This document shows, piece after piece, positions 51,122 through 63,200 of a stretch of DNA of 64,000 nt. Position 1 is the stretch's first letter; each line of letters begins with the position of its first letter. The position numbers were made by a program, and so were the translations under genes. The stretch is from Cyanophora paradoxa CCMP329 (lineage: Eukaryota; Plantae; Glaucophyta): the NCBI GenBank assembly GCA_004431415.1, contig QPMI01000091.1:1-64000 (forward strand), written 5' to 3'. The notes under the pieces were generated by a model. That model did not search any database and was not told the origin of the DNA. It saw only the letters and a list, made by a program, of their open reading frames with translations.

Positions 51122-52798
51122 CTAGGACGTGGGGCTGGGGAGGCGGCCGCGGACAAGGGCGCCGGGCCTCCGCGGATCGACCTCTGCGGGCGGCGGCTCG
51201 GCGTCGGCGGCGGCGGGCGCGGGGCGGGGCCGGCGGGGCGCCTCCCCGGGAGGGGGCGCACGGGTGGAGGGGCCCTCGAGGACGGAGAGGCAGAGCCACT
51301 CGCCGCCGCCGCCGAGCTTGCCGTCGCGCCACGTGCGCACGCGCCCGTCGTCCCCCGCCGAGGCGAGCACCGTCCCCAGCGCGTTCCACTCCACCTTCCA
51401 CACCTGCCGGGGACGCGCGAGAGGCCGGCGAGTCAGCGGGCCGGCGAGCTGGTGGGAGGGCGGTCGCACCTCGGCGTTGTGGTCGCGGAGGACGGTTACG
51501 CATTCGGCGGCGGCGGCGGCGCCGTCGGGGCTCAGCTGCAGCCGCCACACGCGCACCGTCCCGTCCGACGAGGCCGTCGCCAGCTTGTGGTGGTTCCTGC
51601 GCCGGCGCGGAGGCCGCTCTCGGCGCGGAGAGCCTCGGGACTGGACGGGGCGAGGCGGGGCGGACCGGCCGGTGTCGGGCGCCCAGGCGACGTCGTTGAC
51701 GCGCGCCGTGTGGCCCGAGAGGACGGCGATGACCTCCCAGCGCCGGCTCGCCTGCCGGAACTGCCACACCTGCGCCAGGCCCTGCAACCCCCCTCGGCTC
51801 AGGCGGGGCCCGGGGCGGGGCGGGGCGGGGCGCGCGCCTTGGGCTGGCCGGAGCCCGGGGCGGGATCGTCGGAGCCGACGAGGAGCGTGGGCGGGTCGTA
51901 GCGCGAGGGGTTCCACGCGAGGCACGCCCCGCGCTGCGACTCGAACTCCTCCTGCGCCCGCCGCTCTCGGCCCCCGCGCGGGGCCGGCAGGGAGAGCGCG
52001 CGGGGCGGGGAAGGAGAGCGCGCGGGCCGCGCCGCGGGGCGCACGAGGAGCGGCCAGTGCGTCAGGTTCAGCACGTCGATTGCCTCGTAGATGCGCACGA
52101 AGCCGTCCGCCGAGCACGTCGCCTGCGCCCGCGTTCGCGTCGGCGTCATCGGCTGCGCCCAGCGCGCGCCGGAGCGCCCGGGCGGGGCGGGGCGGGGCGG
52201 GGCGGGGCGGACGAGGCGGAGGCCCATGTGGCGCGGGGAGAACTTGATGTCAGTGACGGCGTCGCGGCTGTCCACAAGCGACGCCCGGTTGACCCACTGC
52301 GTCGGCCGCCCGGGGCCCGCGCCCGCCGCCGCCACGTCTGCCACCGCCGCCATGAGTAGCTCGGGAGCCCGGGCGGGGAGGCGGCGAACCCTGCTCCTCC
52401 CAAATGATCACGTTCCGGTCCACGGAGCACGAGGCGAGGATCTGGCCGAACTCCGGGTGCGCCCATTGCACGCGGTAGACAGAGCCCGAGTGAGCCTGTC
52501 GCGACGGCCCGCGGCGATCGGCTGGCGGAACGCGCGGAGGCTGCACGCGAGCGCACCTTCCACTCCGCGCTGCAGCGCCACTGGCGGTCGCTGGGGTCCT
52601 GGTCCCAGACTTTGATGCGCTGGTCTGACGCGCAGGTCGCAAACCGCCTGCCGTAGAAATCGAAGACGCAATCGTGCACTATCTCGTCGTGCTCGCTGCT
52701 AAACTGCTCGCAGGCGCGCTGCGCAGGGAGTCACCGGGCCGCGACTGGCCGAAACGAGCAAGAACGTGTTCGAACAACGTGTTCGAACGCACCAGCAT
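51122..52798 (-). CDS. SEH1: Nucleoporin/GATOR2 subunit Seh1 (multi-exon)
   Basis: [84 protein letters not shown]. Confidence 0.93.
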
Positions 52799-52871
52799 CT
52801 TCGCCGCGTGCCGCCTCTTGCGCCCCGGGAGCTCGCCAGCGACAGCACAAAGCTAAGCTCGAATTCCGACG

Positions 52872-53035
52872 TGGTGCCGAAGGGATTCGAACCGCTGCCC
52901 GTGTACCTTGCGTATACGAAGTTTGCCGCATGCACATGCGCAGTCACACTAGCACTGGTGTTACTCAGTATACGTGGCAGCCTGTGTCTCGAGCTCTGAT
53001 CTCTTCCCGCTTACACAGATCGGGCCCACGGCAGG
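52872..53035 (-). pseudogene. tRNA-like relic (Ser/Leu-like ends with an expanded centre)
   Basis: Minus strand ends GGTTCGAATCCCTTCGGCACCA; its 5' TGCCG can pair with 3' CGGCA; D-arm degenerate; length about twice that of a tRNA. Confidence 0.35.
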
Positions 53036-53138
53036 CAAATCGAATTTCTTCATGTTCCAGAAAAATAAAGGCCAAGGGAACAAAAGGCCGAAAACGGGCG
53101 CGTGGGGCCCGCTGGGGGCACACAGGCCGGTTTAGAGC

Positions 53139-54031
<893 letters not shown>

Positions 54032-54132
54032 GTTGTACCCGGCCGGGCGAATTCTTGAAATTCGATGTGATGAAGAACGGAGCGCCGGAGGGCGCGTGCG
54101 GTGCGCAAGCGTGGACCCTCACCTGGCGCGGT

Positions 54133-57100
54133 ATGGACGAGCTCGAGGCAGCCCGGAATGACGCGCGATTGAGAGTACGCACGTCCACGTCCCCATTGAA
54201 GAGATGCTGGTCTCCCGGCCGCGCGCCGGGCGAGCCTGCAGAAGACGAGCAAACTGGAGGGAATTTGAGCCGCGGGCTTGCAGCAGAGAGCGCTTGCGGT
54301 AATTGCGGCGAAGACAGCTGTAGTTGCAGGCACTTCGAATTTCGACTGAAGGCCCTTGTGCATACGATCGTGAAGGATTATATGCTGGATGCTATCCCTC
54401 GCAGTGCGTGAGTGCTATCTACGGGCTGCAACATCGCTGACAGCGCGCGGCGCAGCATTTCTGCTGGGGGCGGCCCGCGAGGCCTCTGCGGAAGTGGGCG
54501 GAGAGCTGCCGGACAGCGTTCGTGTGAAGTGCGTGCGGGTCGGAGGCAGGCGGTGGGCGCTGGTCGACGGCCCCGTGGTGCGCGCGTCGGTGCTCCGACT
54601 TCCGGCGCCACCGGTACCGGCTGCAGCTGCGGGCCCAGCTGTCGTCCGCTGGCCTCGCGTAGTGCTCGTCGCCGCGGACTCGGACGGCGCCGCCCCGGTC
54701 CGCCCCTGCGCCCGACGCGGCGCCTCCTCCTAGATCCGCCTGAGAGGCGGCGCAGCTGCAGGGCGCGGCGGGAGCGGGCGCGCTGGCTCGGCTCCGGCCC
54801 GGCCTCCTCCTCTTCGAGGCCGGGGCGCCGTCGGAACTCGCACAGGCCGCCGCCGCCGCCTGTCCCGCCGCCCTCGTCGCCGCCGACGTCCGGCCGGGCG
54901 CCCTCCGCCGCCTCGCATCCGCCACCGGCGCCCGCCCCGTCCCCTCCAGCGGTGCGCCTGAGTAGCGGGGCCCCTGGGGCGGCCGCGCCGTAGCGCTAAC
55001 GCCGGAGGATCAGAGGGCGCGACTGAGGGCTGCGTGGGCCGCTGCGCCGCCGCGGGGGTACTCCTGGAGGAGGAGGCCGCCCCGTCGTCCCGCGTGCGGC
55101 GGCGCCCCCTCCGGCTCCGGCCCCGCGCGCGCGCGGCTTAGCTGGGCATGCAGGCGGTGCTCTACGTGAGCGGGGCCCCGGGCGCCACCTGTCGCTCCAT
55201 TCTGGTGGGGTCGGCCGCCGGGGACGCCCCGCGCCTCGCTGCCGCGCTCCGAGTGCGCCCGCTGCTACTGCTGCTGCCGCCGCCGCCGGCGCCTCTCACC
55301 GCCGACAGGCCGCCCTGCGGGAGGCCCGCGGCGCCCGTGCCGAGGCCGCCCTCCTCGCCGCTCTCGGGGCGCGCCCCGCGCCCGCGCCGTCGCGCCGCCC
55401 TCGGTCCTCGGCCCCTGACCCCGGCCGCCCGCAGGCGCGCCCCCGCCCCGCGAGCCGTCCCCCGAATGACGACGAGGAGGAGGACGAAGGAGGGACGGCG
55501 GAGAAACCAGCCCAGCGCGAGCCCGAGCTGGGAGCCGGCGAGGCTCCCCCCGGCGGCCCCTGCTTCCGCGTCCTCTGCGCGAGCTACGCCCCGCCGACGT
55601 CCCGCGGGCGCGACGACTACTGCTGCGCTCCCCCCGAGATTCGGGACCTGCCGTGCGCGCGGGCCGCCTCTTGCCCCGCCGCCGCCGCCGCCGCCGCCGC
55701 CGCCCACCGGTACCGCCGGGCGGGCAGCCTCGACGAGGGGGAGGGCCCCGAGGGGACCCTCGCCTCGCTCCTTGCCGCCTGCTTCGACCCCGCCCGCCGC
55801 TGCCCCGCCCCCGGCTGTACCCTTCCGGTGCGTGCGGCTCCGCCCTGGTGCCTCTGCGCGAGGAGCTGGCCGCCGCTGACGGCGGAGGGGGCGGCAGGCG
55901 GGCGCTCACGTGCGCGTCTTCCTGCGCGGCGCCGGCGCCCTCGAGCTCCGCCTCCTCGGCGAGCCCGGCCCGCCGTCCGAGCCGGCCGCCGCCGCTGCCT
56001 GCGGCGTCGATGCCTGGGCCGAGCGCCGCGGGTGCTGCGGCCCGGCCCCCGCCGGCGCGCCCCGCGGGGCCTCTTTCACCTGCCGCCCTGTCCCTCCCGC
56101 TCGCCCGCCTGCTCCGCCTCGCGTTCGTGTCGGGGCCGCCGGCCCGGGCGCCTGCCCGGGCTCCCTCTTCCGCTCCCACGCGGTCTGCTTTGCCCCGCGG
56201 GGCCGCCCGGCCCCGTCGCCCGCCTCGAGTGGGCCCCCGCCGCCCGTTCGCCCTCGAGCTCGCCCCGGGCCCCCGCGCCGCCTGCTCGGAGGGCCCCGAG
56301 GCGGCCACGCCCTGCGCCCTCGACCACGAGCTCGCGAGCGCCCACGTGCGCCCGCCACGCCCGCCCGCCCGAACTGCTGCAGTCGGCTGCCTCTGATGGG
56401 CGCCGGCAGGCGGCGGCCGAGGAGCTCGCCGAGGGCGTGCGCGGGGTGCTGCGGGAGGCCTCCTCCGCCGCCGCCGCCGCGCGCCTCGCAGCCGAGCTCG
56501 AGGCCCGCCCGCCCTCCCCGCCTCCGCGCCGTGCGCGCCGGCTCGCTCAAGGGGCGCGAGACGCGCGCGCGCGGGCAGGGCGAGCACCGGGCCTTCCAGG
56601 CCTCCCTCCGGAGGACGGCGGCGCTGCTCGCCCTGCGCCCTGACAGGGAGGAGGCTGGCGCCGGGGCGGGGCTCGAGGCGCTGGACGAGCTGCGGGTGTC
56701 CCTCGCCGAGCGCGTCGCTCGCTGGAACACCGCCCTTCGCTCCGTGCGCCCGGAAGCCCCGCCCTTCCCGCCCGCCCCGCCCTCGTCTCCGCCCCCCTCA
56801 ACGCCGGCAGCTCTCGGAGGGGGCGGAAAGACCCCTAGACGGGTCGCCGGCCGCGGAGCAGGAGGCCCCGCAGCCGCCCGTGGCGGCGGCTTCGCGTCTG
56901 GACGCCGTGCTCTCCGACCTGGGCATGGGGCGGGGGCCGGGGCGGGGCGGGGGCGGCCTGCGGGGCGCCCGGGCGCTGGCGGAGCGCCTCGCGGGGGTGC
57001 GCGTGGGGGTGCCCCTGGAGGAGGCCCCGACCCGGCCCCCGCCGTCGCCCACGCCCTCGCCTCCGCCGCCTTCCGCGAGCGGCTGCGGCGCCTGCGGCCG

Positions 57101-58615
57101 GCGGGGCGGCGCCCCTCGAGGAGCTCGCGGGGCCCTGCGGCGCCCCCGCCTCCCACCTCCTCCACGCCTTCCGCGACCCCGCGGCGCCGAGTTCTCCGTG
57201 CCGCCCTCCCAGAGGCCACCGCCCCCGCCGGCGCCGCCGCTGAGGGCCGGCGGTCTCGCAGGTGGTGGCGATGTGCGCGCGGCAGTTCGCGGCGGCGCGG
57301 GCGCTCCTGCACCCCGGGGGCGAGGCGGCATTCCTGCGCTCCCTCGCGGGGAGCGGCCCCTGGCGCGCCCCCGCCGGCAAGAGCGGCGCCGCCTTCCGCG
57401 CCACCGCCGACGGCCGCCTCCTCCTCAAGGCCCTCCCCGCCGTGCGCGAGCCCGCCCGCCCGCCCGCGAGCCCGCCGGCCCGCCGCCGGCCCCCAACGTT
57501 AACGCCCCCGCGCTCAGGCCGAGTCCGACGACGAGGCCCTGGTGCGCTTCGCGGAGGCCTACTTCGCCCGCCTCCGCTCCGCCGCCGCCGCCGGGTCCGC
57601 CCGCGCCCCGCGCACCGCTGGGCCGCCGCGAGCGGGGCGTGGCGGGCGGCAGGAGGCGACGGCGCTGGTGCCGCTGCTGGGCCTCTTCGAGGTGGCATGG
57701 CGCGAGCCGGGCGGGGCCGGGGCCGGGCGGGCGGGCGGGGCGCTACGCGGTGGCGCCGAGCCTGCTGCACGGGGCCGCCTTCGCGCGCGTGTACGACCTG
57801 AAGGGCGTCCCCGGCTGCAGCGCCCGCGCGGGGCGGGACCCCGCGGGGGCCCTCCTCGACGAGGACCTCCGCCGCGGTGCCTGCCTCTCCCCTCCGGTCC
57901 CCTAGGCCTCCGCCCCCGCCCCCTCACCCGCCTCCCGCAGAGGCGCGCGCCGGCTCGGCCTGGGCCCGCTTCGGGTCGCCGAGGGGACCTGGGGCGCCTG
58001 GGGCGGCCCTGCGCGCCGACGCCGCCTTCCTCGCCTCCGCCGGCCTCGTCGACTACAGGCGCGCCCCGAGCCCCCGCCCCCTCTCCTTCTCGGGCGCCTC
58101 ACGGGACCCCCAGCCTGGTGGTGTGCGTGGACGAGCGCCGCCGCCGCTACGTCGTCGGCCTCGTCGGTGCCCCCGCCGCCCCCGCCCCCGCCCCCGCCCT
58201 GCCCCGGCCTCCCCGGCTGTGAGCTCGAGCGTCCGGCGGCAGACTACCTCCGCCGCTGGGGCCTCGCCGAGCGCATCGAGAGCCTCATCAAGACGCCCTT
58301 CGCCCCCGTCCGCCCCGCTCCCCCTCGAGATCTAGACTCATTGTTCCGCTCCTCCCCCGCTGACCCGCGGCGCAGGCGCGGCCGCCGTCGCCGCTGCCGG
58401 CGGGCCCCGCGGGGCCGACGGTGGAGGGCGGCCCGACCGTCATCAGCCCGCCCCTCTACGCCGCACGCCTCCTGCAGGGCGCGCCCCACTCCGTCGCGCC
58501 GGGCTTGGGCCCGCTCTGCCCCGCCCGCTCACCTTCCCGCCTCTTCGCAGCTGTCCTGACGCGCTACTTCGTCGGCGTTCCGTGCACCGAGGGGAACGCA
58601 GACCGCGTGTTTTGA
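54133..58615 (+). CDS. FAB1: FAB1/PIKfyve-like PI3P 5-kinase, divergent, no FYVE domain seen (multi-exon)
   Basis: VRVKCV (Cpn60-like region), CPAPGC, FLRSL..W...GKSGAAF..T.DGRLLLK, YDLKG, DAAFLA...VDYSL, GLVDYLR, PTVISPPLY. Confidence 0.75.
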
Positions 58616-58775
58616 GTCATCTCTCAAACCTCTTTTGATTTTCGCAATGAACCTCGGATCGGGAACAGCTCCCCTAGCCTTCCCTCGGGGCCTTCTGGCT
58701 TTGGGCCACTTCACAGTTAGTTCCGCTCATGATGAGTTTCATCAGGTGTTCGCATTTGTTCCACGAGCTCAGCAC

Positions 58776-59165
58776 TGCGCCGTGTCTCCAAAAAAATACC
58801 CGCGAAAAAATCAAAAACAAATCAGAAAACAAACCATTCCCAGTAACCCAATCTTGAATATCAGTAAATCTCAGTAAGCCTCAGTAACCAAAATTGAATT
58901 AATCGAAGTTATATCATAATCTCGATTAATTATATCTTATCGAAGTTATATCTTTTTTATGCGCCGTGTCTCCAAAACAATTCCCAAGAAAAACAAACCA
59001 TTCACAGTAACCCAATTCCAAATCTCACTAAATCTCAGTAAGCCTCAGTAACAAAAATCGAATTAATCGAAGTTATATCTTAAATCTTATTTATCGAAGT
59101 TATATCATAATCTCGATTAATTATATTTAATCGAAGTTATATCCTTTTTATCCGCCGTGTCTCCC
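58776..59165. repeat. Terminal tandem repeat: two ~184-191 bp units plus the start of a third, with internal iterons
   Basis: T(G/C)CGCCGTGTCTCC at 58776, 58960, 59151; ATCGAAGTTATATC at 58902, 58939, 59066, 59093, 59130; TCAGTAA at 10-bp spacing (58861, 58871, 58881). Confidence 0.92.
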
Positions 59166-59170
59166 ATGAT

Positions 59171-60231
59171 TTAGCGTTTGGTTAAACCACTTCTCAAATT
59201 GTATCTTCTCCTTACAACATTACTTCGATTGGGTTTTATGCCTTCCTTTGCTACCAATCGATTCACTTTATTCGTTTTATTAACCTGCTGAATTCGTTTT
59301 TGTGATGGGATCTTAATGATATCATCTTTATTCACCTTTTGCAATTCTTGTTTCTTAAATCTCCTCTTCACTTCTTTTGTTTCCTCACCATCATTATCTT
59401 CAAGGACTTTGAAACGATTCCTATCAGCCTTTGCAACAGTGTAGACCTTTTGACTGAATTGCGCACCTTCTTTTTCAAATAATCCCTTTGGTTGCAAAAC
59501 TCGAACTGTGTCTCCTGGTTTCACTTGATTAGTATCAGCCTCCTTTACACGATTGTTGTGAACAGTATCCCTCATGTAAATAAATAACTGTTTATCTTCA
59601 TTTGTATACACTGCATTCGGTGAGTCATTTTTCAATGCCGAATGGGGACTGCTATTATACAAGTCAATTACATCACTAAGTAGATCGATCCATTTCGTGG
59701 TTCCTTTGCTGTCATCGTTTTCCTGAGATATTGTTTGAAAGTCCTAGTGAACCTATCAATTATCCCCAGTTTATCTCCTACTGTGATGTGGTCATCCTTT
59801 GCCACATCTGTGTAAAGCATTACACCATGTTCACTGCACCAATTTCGGTATACTGCCTGGGAAAACTCATTATCCCCAGAGAGAGCATTAACTTTGCCTG
59901 CATCTTGCTTGAACCTATTTAAAATGTTCGGGATCTCACTGCTGTTTTTAAAAGGATAAACAAATCCTTTGCGACTAAGTATGTCTACGAAACTGAGCAT
60001 TTTGAAAATGCCATTGTTGGCAGTCTGAAACCCTCTGAAATATGTTATATCGATTTGAAACGATCTAGGCTTTGCTACTATGCGAAGAAACGATTTGGGT
60101 TTCCTTGGTTTCTTGTAGATTTGCTGGAGTTCTGAATTTTTGAATTTCTTTTTCAACTCTTTCTCATCAAAACTCACCTTTTCATTAATAAGTTTCTGCC
60201 TATACTTCTTGAATGATAATACACTATCCAT
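59171..60231 (-). CDS. Retroviral-type (rve) integrase of Polinton type; one frameshift near 59705
   Basis: FQIDI, VDILSRKG, SGDNEF, IIDRFTRTFK, then KWIDLLSDVIDLYNSSPHSAL..SP and SH3-like GDTVRV..KGLFEK...ELQKV. Confidence 0.9.
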
Positions 60232-63200
60232 TATTGGGCGGCACAGTTACACTTAATATGAGATAGGAAACAATTTTTGGTAATATGAGCCACAGCATTA
60301 TTGATTCGATCTACCGAGATATCTTCGAAGTCCATGGCATTGTAGCATCGCAGGCAATGCCCATACTGCTTCCCATATCGCTGCTTGATCCAGTCCCATG
60401 TGATGTAATCATGCTCATCGAATTGTCTATTTGCTGCTCGGTCCTGATCCTTGTAAGTCGATATCTTCTCGTTATTCTCTCTCTTCCACACTTTCCAGTG
60501 AGCCATTTCGAAATTATCATGGTAAATAACAACATCATCCAGCCTTGTGGTTCGAGTGAGAGCAACATAGAGCCACTTCTTTGAAACAAATGGCGCCCCA
60601 GTTTCAAACACGACTACCCTGTTCCCTTTGCAGCGAATCGTATCACCTTGAACAACATGGCAGGTGTTTGCATAAGCCAGGGCGAAATGTTTGACTGCAT
60701 CCCTGCTGAGAACGATCTCATCTTTCTTGTTGGCAATGTCAGCAATAATGAAACTGTCCTTTGAGAGCTTGACAATCTTGTAGACAAATCCATTATGAAC
60801 TATTTTTCCGCCCTTTGCAATACGAGTCTTTGCAACAACTTTGATGCCGCCAGCATAAATGGAAACATTATCCCCGTAGTTCATTTTGTGAAGGGCTAGG
60901 TTCACCTCTGCACCCTTGCGGTTTGTGTAAACAATGCCAATATCAGTCTTTTCCAATTCGTCCACAACCTTGAACCCATACTTTGCAAGGACCTCACTTA
61001 CACTCAAACCTTTCTCGAATAAATCAATTCGAATTTGCTCAACCTTCCTGCGATCTTCCTCAGTCTCATGTCGCTTGTTCACTTGGAGTAACAATTCGTT
61101 GGGGAACAGGCGATGGAGGATATCGAGGTAATACTCATCTTGGTCAACACTCATATCTTGGATGGGTGGGTTTTGGTACGGGTCCCCTGTGGCGATGTAT
61201 ACCTTATCTGGGAACTGCTCATTCATGATGTGGTCCAAGGCTGCCAGTTCCCCAATCTTAAACTGACAGATCTCATCAATAACAATGCAATCAAATTCTA
61301 CCAAACCAGAGGCATTTCCTCCTACAATTTCATCCATGTTTGACTCATCAATTTTAAGGTGAAGGGCATCATAGATTGTCTTCACATTTTTCAATCCTTG
61401 CTCTTTCATTTCTTTCACTCGCTTGTTGGTTGGAACAATGTAGAGGGGATTTCTGAAACGCTTTCCATATTCAACTGTCATGTGAGTCTTTCCCACTCCC
61501 GGAACTGATCCGAGAAGAACCCATCGTTTTTGTGTAGCCAGCAAATCACAAATCGCGGTTGTGTCATACTCATCAACCACAGAGTGTTTGGTATAACTGT
61601 AGTTCTCGATTTTCACAAAGTCAGTCGCTCTCTCAAACTTTCCGTAACGAATTCGTTTTGCCTCGAGGTCTTTCTTCTCACCTGAAAACTTTTTAGAAAA
61701 ATTGGGGCAGCATTTCACACTGAATTTTCCAATATTCTCAAAGGCATTGCGATCGAATGACACTGGGGCAATGGTTCATAAGCGATCCCATAAACACAAT
61801 CGGTGTTCAAAGCGAGTGGTCGGATTTGCTGTTTAGCGAGTTCGACACACTTCTCATACATACACATCCTCATAATTGACAAGAGGGTAGTGTACAATGG
61901 CATGAAGCCATCAATGAGCTGCTTTTCTGCTACCTGATTGACATAGTAGATATGGGTTCGGTCATCTCTTCCTCACACAGAACGAACTCTGTCTCCTCAT
62001 AAGTGGCAAGAGTCTCACCAAAGAGGTAAATCTTAACCTCCCCTCCGTTCTGTTTCTGGAACTCGATCGCATCGTCTCTGTTGTGGAAAATGGTGGTTTT
62101 CACTCTGCTATTTCGTTGCTTTCCAGTTTGCCCAATCGCACTCACTAAGATCTGCTTCTTATCAACAGGATCGAGGTCGCTATCTAAGATTCGAGCAACT
62201 GTGTTGCCTGCAAGGTTGGGAATGAGTTTGTAAGGTCGCAGAACCGCTTTGATGGAGATGTCATCCTTGAAATCCTCGAAATGCTTTTTGAGAACCAAAC
62301 CAGGAACGACATTGTACTTGGAATCAATGATCATCCTCTTGTATCTGTTGTAGGTGTTTGCTTCGTACTCCTTTCCGTTCTTGTCTTTGGCTTTGAAAAA
62401 GTATTTGTCGTCCAGTTTCACGTAATAGAAGCTGTATTCCTCGATTTGCTCTGCATCTGTGATTGTCACACTCTTGAAGACATCGAACTTGCTGAGAACA
62501 GGAACGAATTTGATCATCAAGGCTACAATGTAAGGGTATGCTTTGCACATATCGAACTCGTAAATATCTGTGTTATAGCGAATTTCATCAAAGGTCTCCT
62601 CATCCACATCAAAGAGACCACGAAGGCAGTCTGCACTCCATTCTTGAATGCATTTATGGTTTGCTCATTGTAAGTACTCTTGTTGGAAGTGTTGATTAGA
62701 GACCTATACATATCCAGATTTAGTTTCTCGAATTTATCTCTGTACTCAGCATTCTTGAAGCTAATCTCGAAAGCTGTTTCTACATCTGTATCGTTACCAG
62801 GTGGGGTCACGACAACATCCTTATCGTCAATAGTGAAACGAATATGGGTTGCCTTTCCGATTTGGGAGAACCCAGGTTGGACCTGATAATTATGCACCAC
62901 AATGAACTCTCTGAGTAGCTCATCCAGTGAACCACCATAGCAGATTCGAATGCTCGATTGGTTCTTTGGATTGTCAGACCTGACAATTCTCAGAATGTCA
63001 TCGGGATTTGTGGCAAACTCCTTGAACCTTCTTTGCTTTATAATCTTGTAACGAGAACTGAGTGGAACATTGGTATCTTTTGGCTTGGAGCCATTGAAGG
63101 ACTGTGTGAGAGCCTTAATATTGTGATTTAACAAATACATGTGACCATTCTCAATCTTCACATATGCAACAGAAGGGTCAAGTGTGTGTTCCTGGTCTTG

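Noticed and set aside
58676-58745. U2 snRNA-like 5' sequence or C/D box near the insertion site
   Set aside because: Only loose resemblance; lacks the invariant GTGTAGTA and a matching D box
58776-59165. CRISPR-like array at the right element end
   Set aside because: Intervening sequences are themselves duplicated rather than unique spacers
59690-63200. Programmed -1 ribosomal frameshifting
   Set aside because: Too many sites and no X-XXY-YYZ slippery heptamers at the inspected breaks; error or decay is simpler
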